Origin: Lingula anatina
Taxonomy: Eukaryota; Animalia; Brachiopoda
Direction of reading: 5' to 3'
Length of the DNA stretch: 64,000 bases
NCBI GenBank assembly: GCA_051362555.1
Contig: CM120646.1
Span: 7,812,001 to 7,876,000, forward strand
The notes beneath the pieces are model-generated. The model ran no database searches, was not told the origin of the DNA, and was given only the letters and a program-made list of their open reading frames with translations. Shown in pieces: positions 62,589 to 64,000 of the stretch; the stretch's first letter is position 1; every line of letters begins with the position of its first letter. The translations under genes were made by a program, and so were the position numbers.

Positions 62589-62630
62589 CTGTCGTATTTG
62601 TAGATTTTGCAGTGTTGTTAGTTGAGGGAT
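62589..62630 (-). CDS. Gene 1 stalk micro-exon (DPSTNNTAKSTNTT); the gene continues beyond the right edge
   Basis: tttttcag| 42 bp G|gtaggt. Flanks are homologous to 12880-13290. Confidence 0.75.
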
Positions 62631-64000
62631 CTGAAAAATCATAAAGAGGCAGTAATTGTTTAACTGATTACCAGCCTAAAAATGTAATTGTTACTGGTCA
62701 CTTCATTGGGGTCTTTCTACCCCCTTGCAAAGAAAAAATTTTCAAACATGTGCAGCAATGGAACAAAACACGAAGTTAGGGATGAGGATTATTTTCAAAA
62801 TTGGGATTCTCGTAAACCAATGTGAGTACATCACTTCAAATGTTGCCAACTCCTTATGTTTTCAAGACTTTTTGACGCACTTTTATATTACTAGATATTT
62901 TACTTTTACGACCTTATGTAAGAGGCATTTTGTACGGGATTTACCTGCCATAATGAATTTGCCTCTGTAAAGACACTTTCCACCCAAACCCAATATAGAG
63001 GTGCAATTGATGTCACAAGCATGTTATTAAAAATATTTACTGCACAGATTGCTAACTGTGTTTGATTATTTTCAGGTCCCACATGAAGAAGCTTGTATAA
63101 AAGTTTCACTCTCCTGGAACCATGAATAATTAAAAATAATTCCAAAGAGAAACATACGTTACTGTCACAAATACAAAACGCCTAACTGTGAAACGTTCTA
63201 CTCACTTTGAAAATTCAGTCATCATTGGTTTTGTTCATTGATTTATCTCCTACAAGTATTACGTTGCTAAAATATTATAATAATCTTCTGTATAGAGCAG
63301 TTAGTTGTTTTTGAGCGACTTTAGTTTGCTTGTCACAGAATATTTAAAAAATGGGGAAAATACACCCTACCGACAGTAAAATAAGCATTAAAAAATGTTT
63401 CCCTTCAAGATTCAAATATTATATCTGATATGTCAAAATATCATGGAACCACAATATATTGTTCGGTCGGCAAAAGAAAACATTGAATCTCTTGCACACA
63501 AGTACTTGAACAAAATGAAACATTTTGACAATTTTTCTATGGAACATACGTTACCTAGCATAAGCCATGACGCAAAGCCCTTTGAGATACAGTTTAAATA
63601 TTTATAAAAACGATTACGTCATGTCTAATTTACCATGACTGAATCACTAAAAATATATATCGGAACGCGGCATAAAAATGAAAATTAAATGGCAAGGAAC
63701 ATACGTTACCGTACGTTTTTGGAACATACGTTACCATATAGGGCTCTTCGCGTAATGTTAAAGACATGGTAAAAATTAAAATTTGAATTTCAGTTGAGAC
63801 AGTCGTGGATTTTTGTTCTATACACATATATGTTTTAAAACATTGAATACAAATTTATTCATTTTTATTTTTTGACACTTCAGCATGTGAAATGCACTTC
63901 TACATGTATATTGGGTTTGGGTGTTTCACCTTCTCACGAATCATTCCCTTCACTTGGAATCGGTGTTTTATTTCATTTTTGTTTTGATTTGCTTTGAAAT

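Noticed and set aside
1-64000. Assigning a gene symbol (Alr, VCBP, Dscam, nectin, CEACAM, FREP)
   Set aside because: No chitin-binding, fibrinogen or FnIII exons were seen, and the similarity is architectural only. Orthology cannot be established without a database search.

Overview
AT-rich, intron-containing animal DNA, probably an invertebrate (inference; the species cannot be read from the sequence). Almost the whole window is one tandem cluster of immunoglobulin-superfamily receptor genes, all on the minus strand and all built from phase-1 exon modules: a 55-61 bp signal-peptide exon, a 375 bp V-set exon, a 312 bp CD80/nectin-like C2 exon, 36-42 bp Thr/Ser-rich stalk micro-exons and a terminal anchor exon. 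In transcription order (right to left) I reconstruct six loci. Gene 1 is the 3' end of a TM receptor with an ITAM-like tail (62630-60853). Gene 2 is a predicted 1290-aa protein, leader-[V-C2-stalk]x5-GPI signal (54942-24897); relic leader exons in front of its internal V exons suggest it formed by fusion of whole-gene duplicates. Gene 3 is a V pseudogene split by two insertions (21022-17695). Gene 4 is an apparently intact leader-V-C2-stalk-TM-ITAM-like receptor (16083-11799). Gene 5 is a decayed gene that leaves an open TM plus tyrosine-motif exon (9347-4603). Gene 6 starts at 651 and runs off the left edge. The cluster looks like a rapidly evolving birth-and-death family with GPI-anchored and signalling members, which may be an immune or allorecognition system (inference). 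Introns carry many MITEs, foldback elements and LINE fragments. A minimal hammerhead ribozyme of the Penelope-associated type lies at 60027-60071. All gene models come from manually read splice sites and are untested against transcripts.
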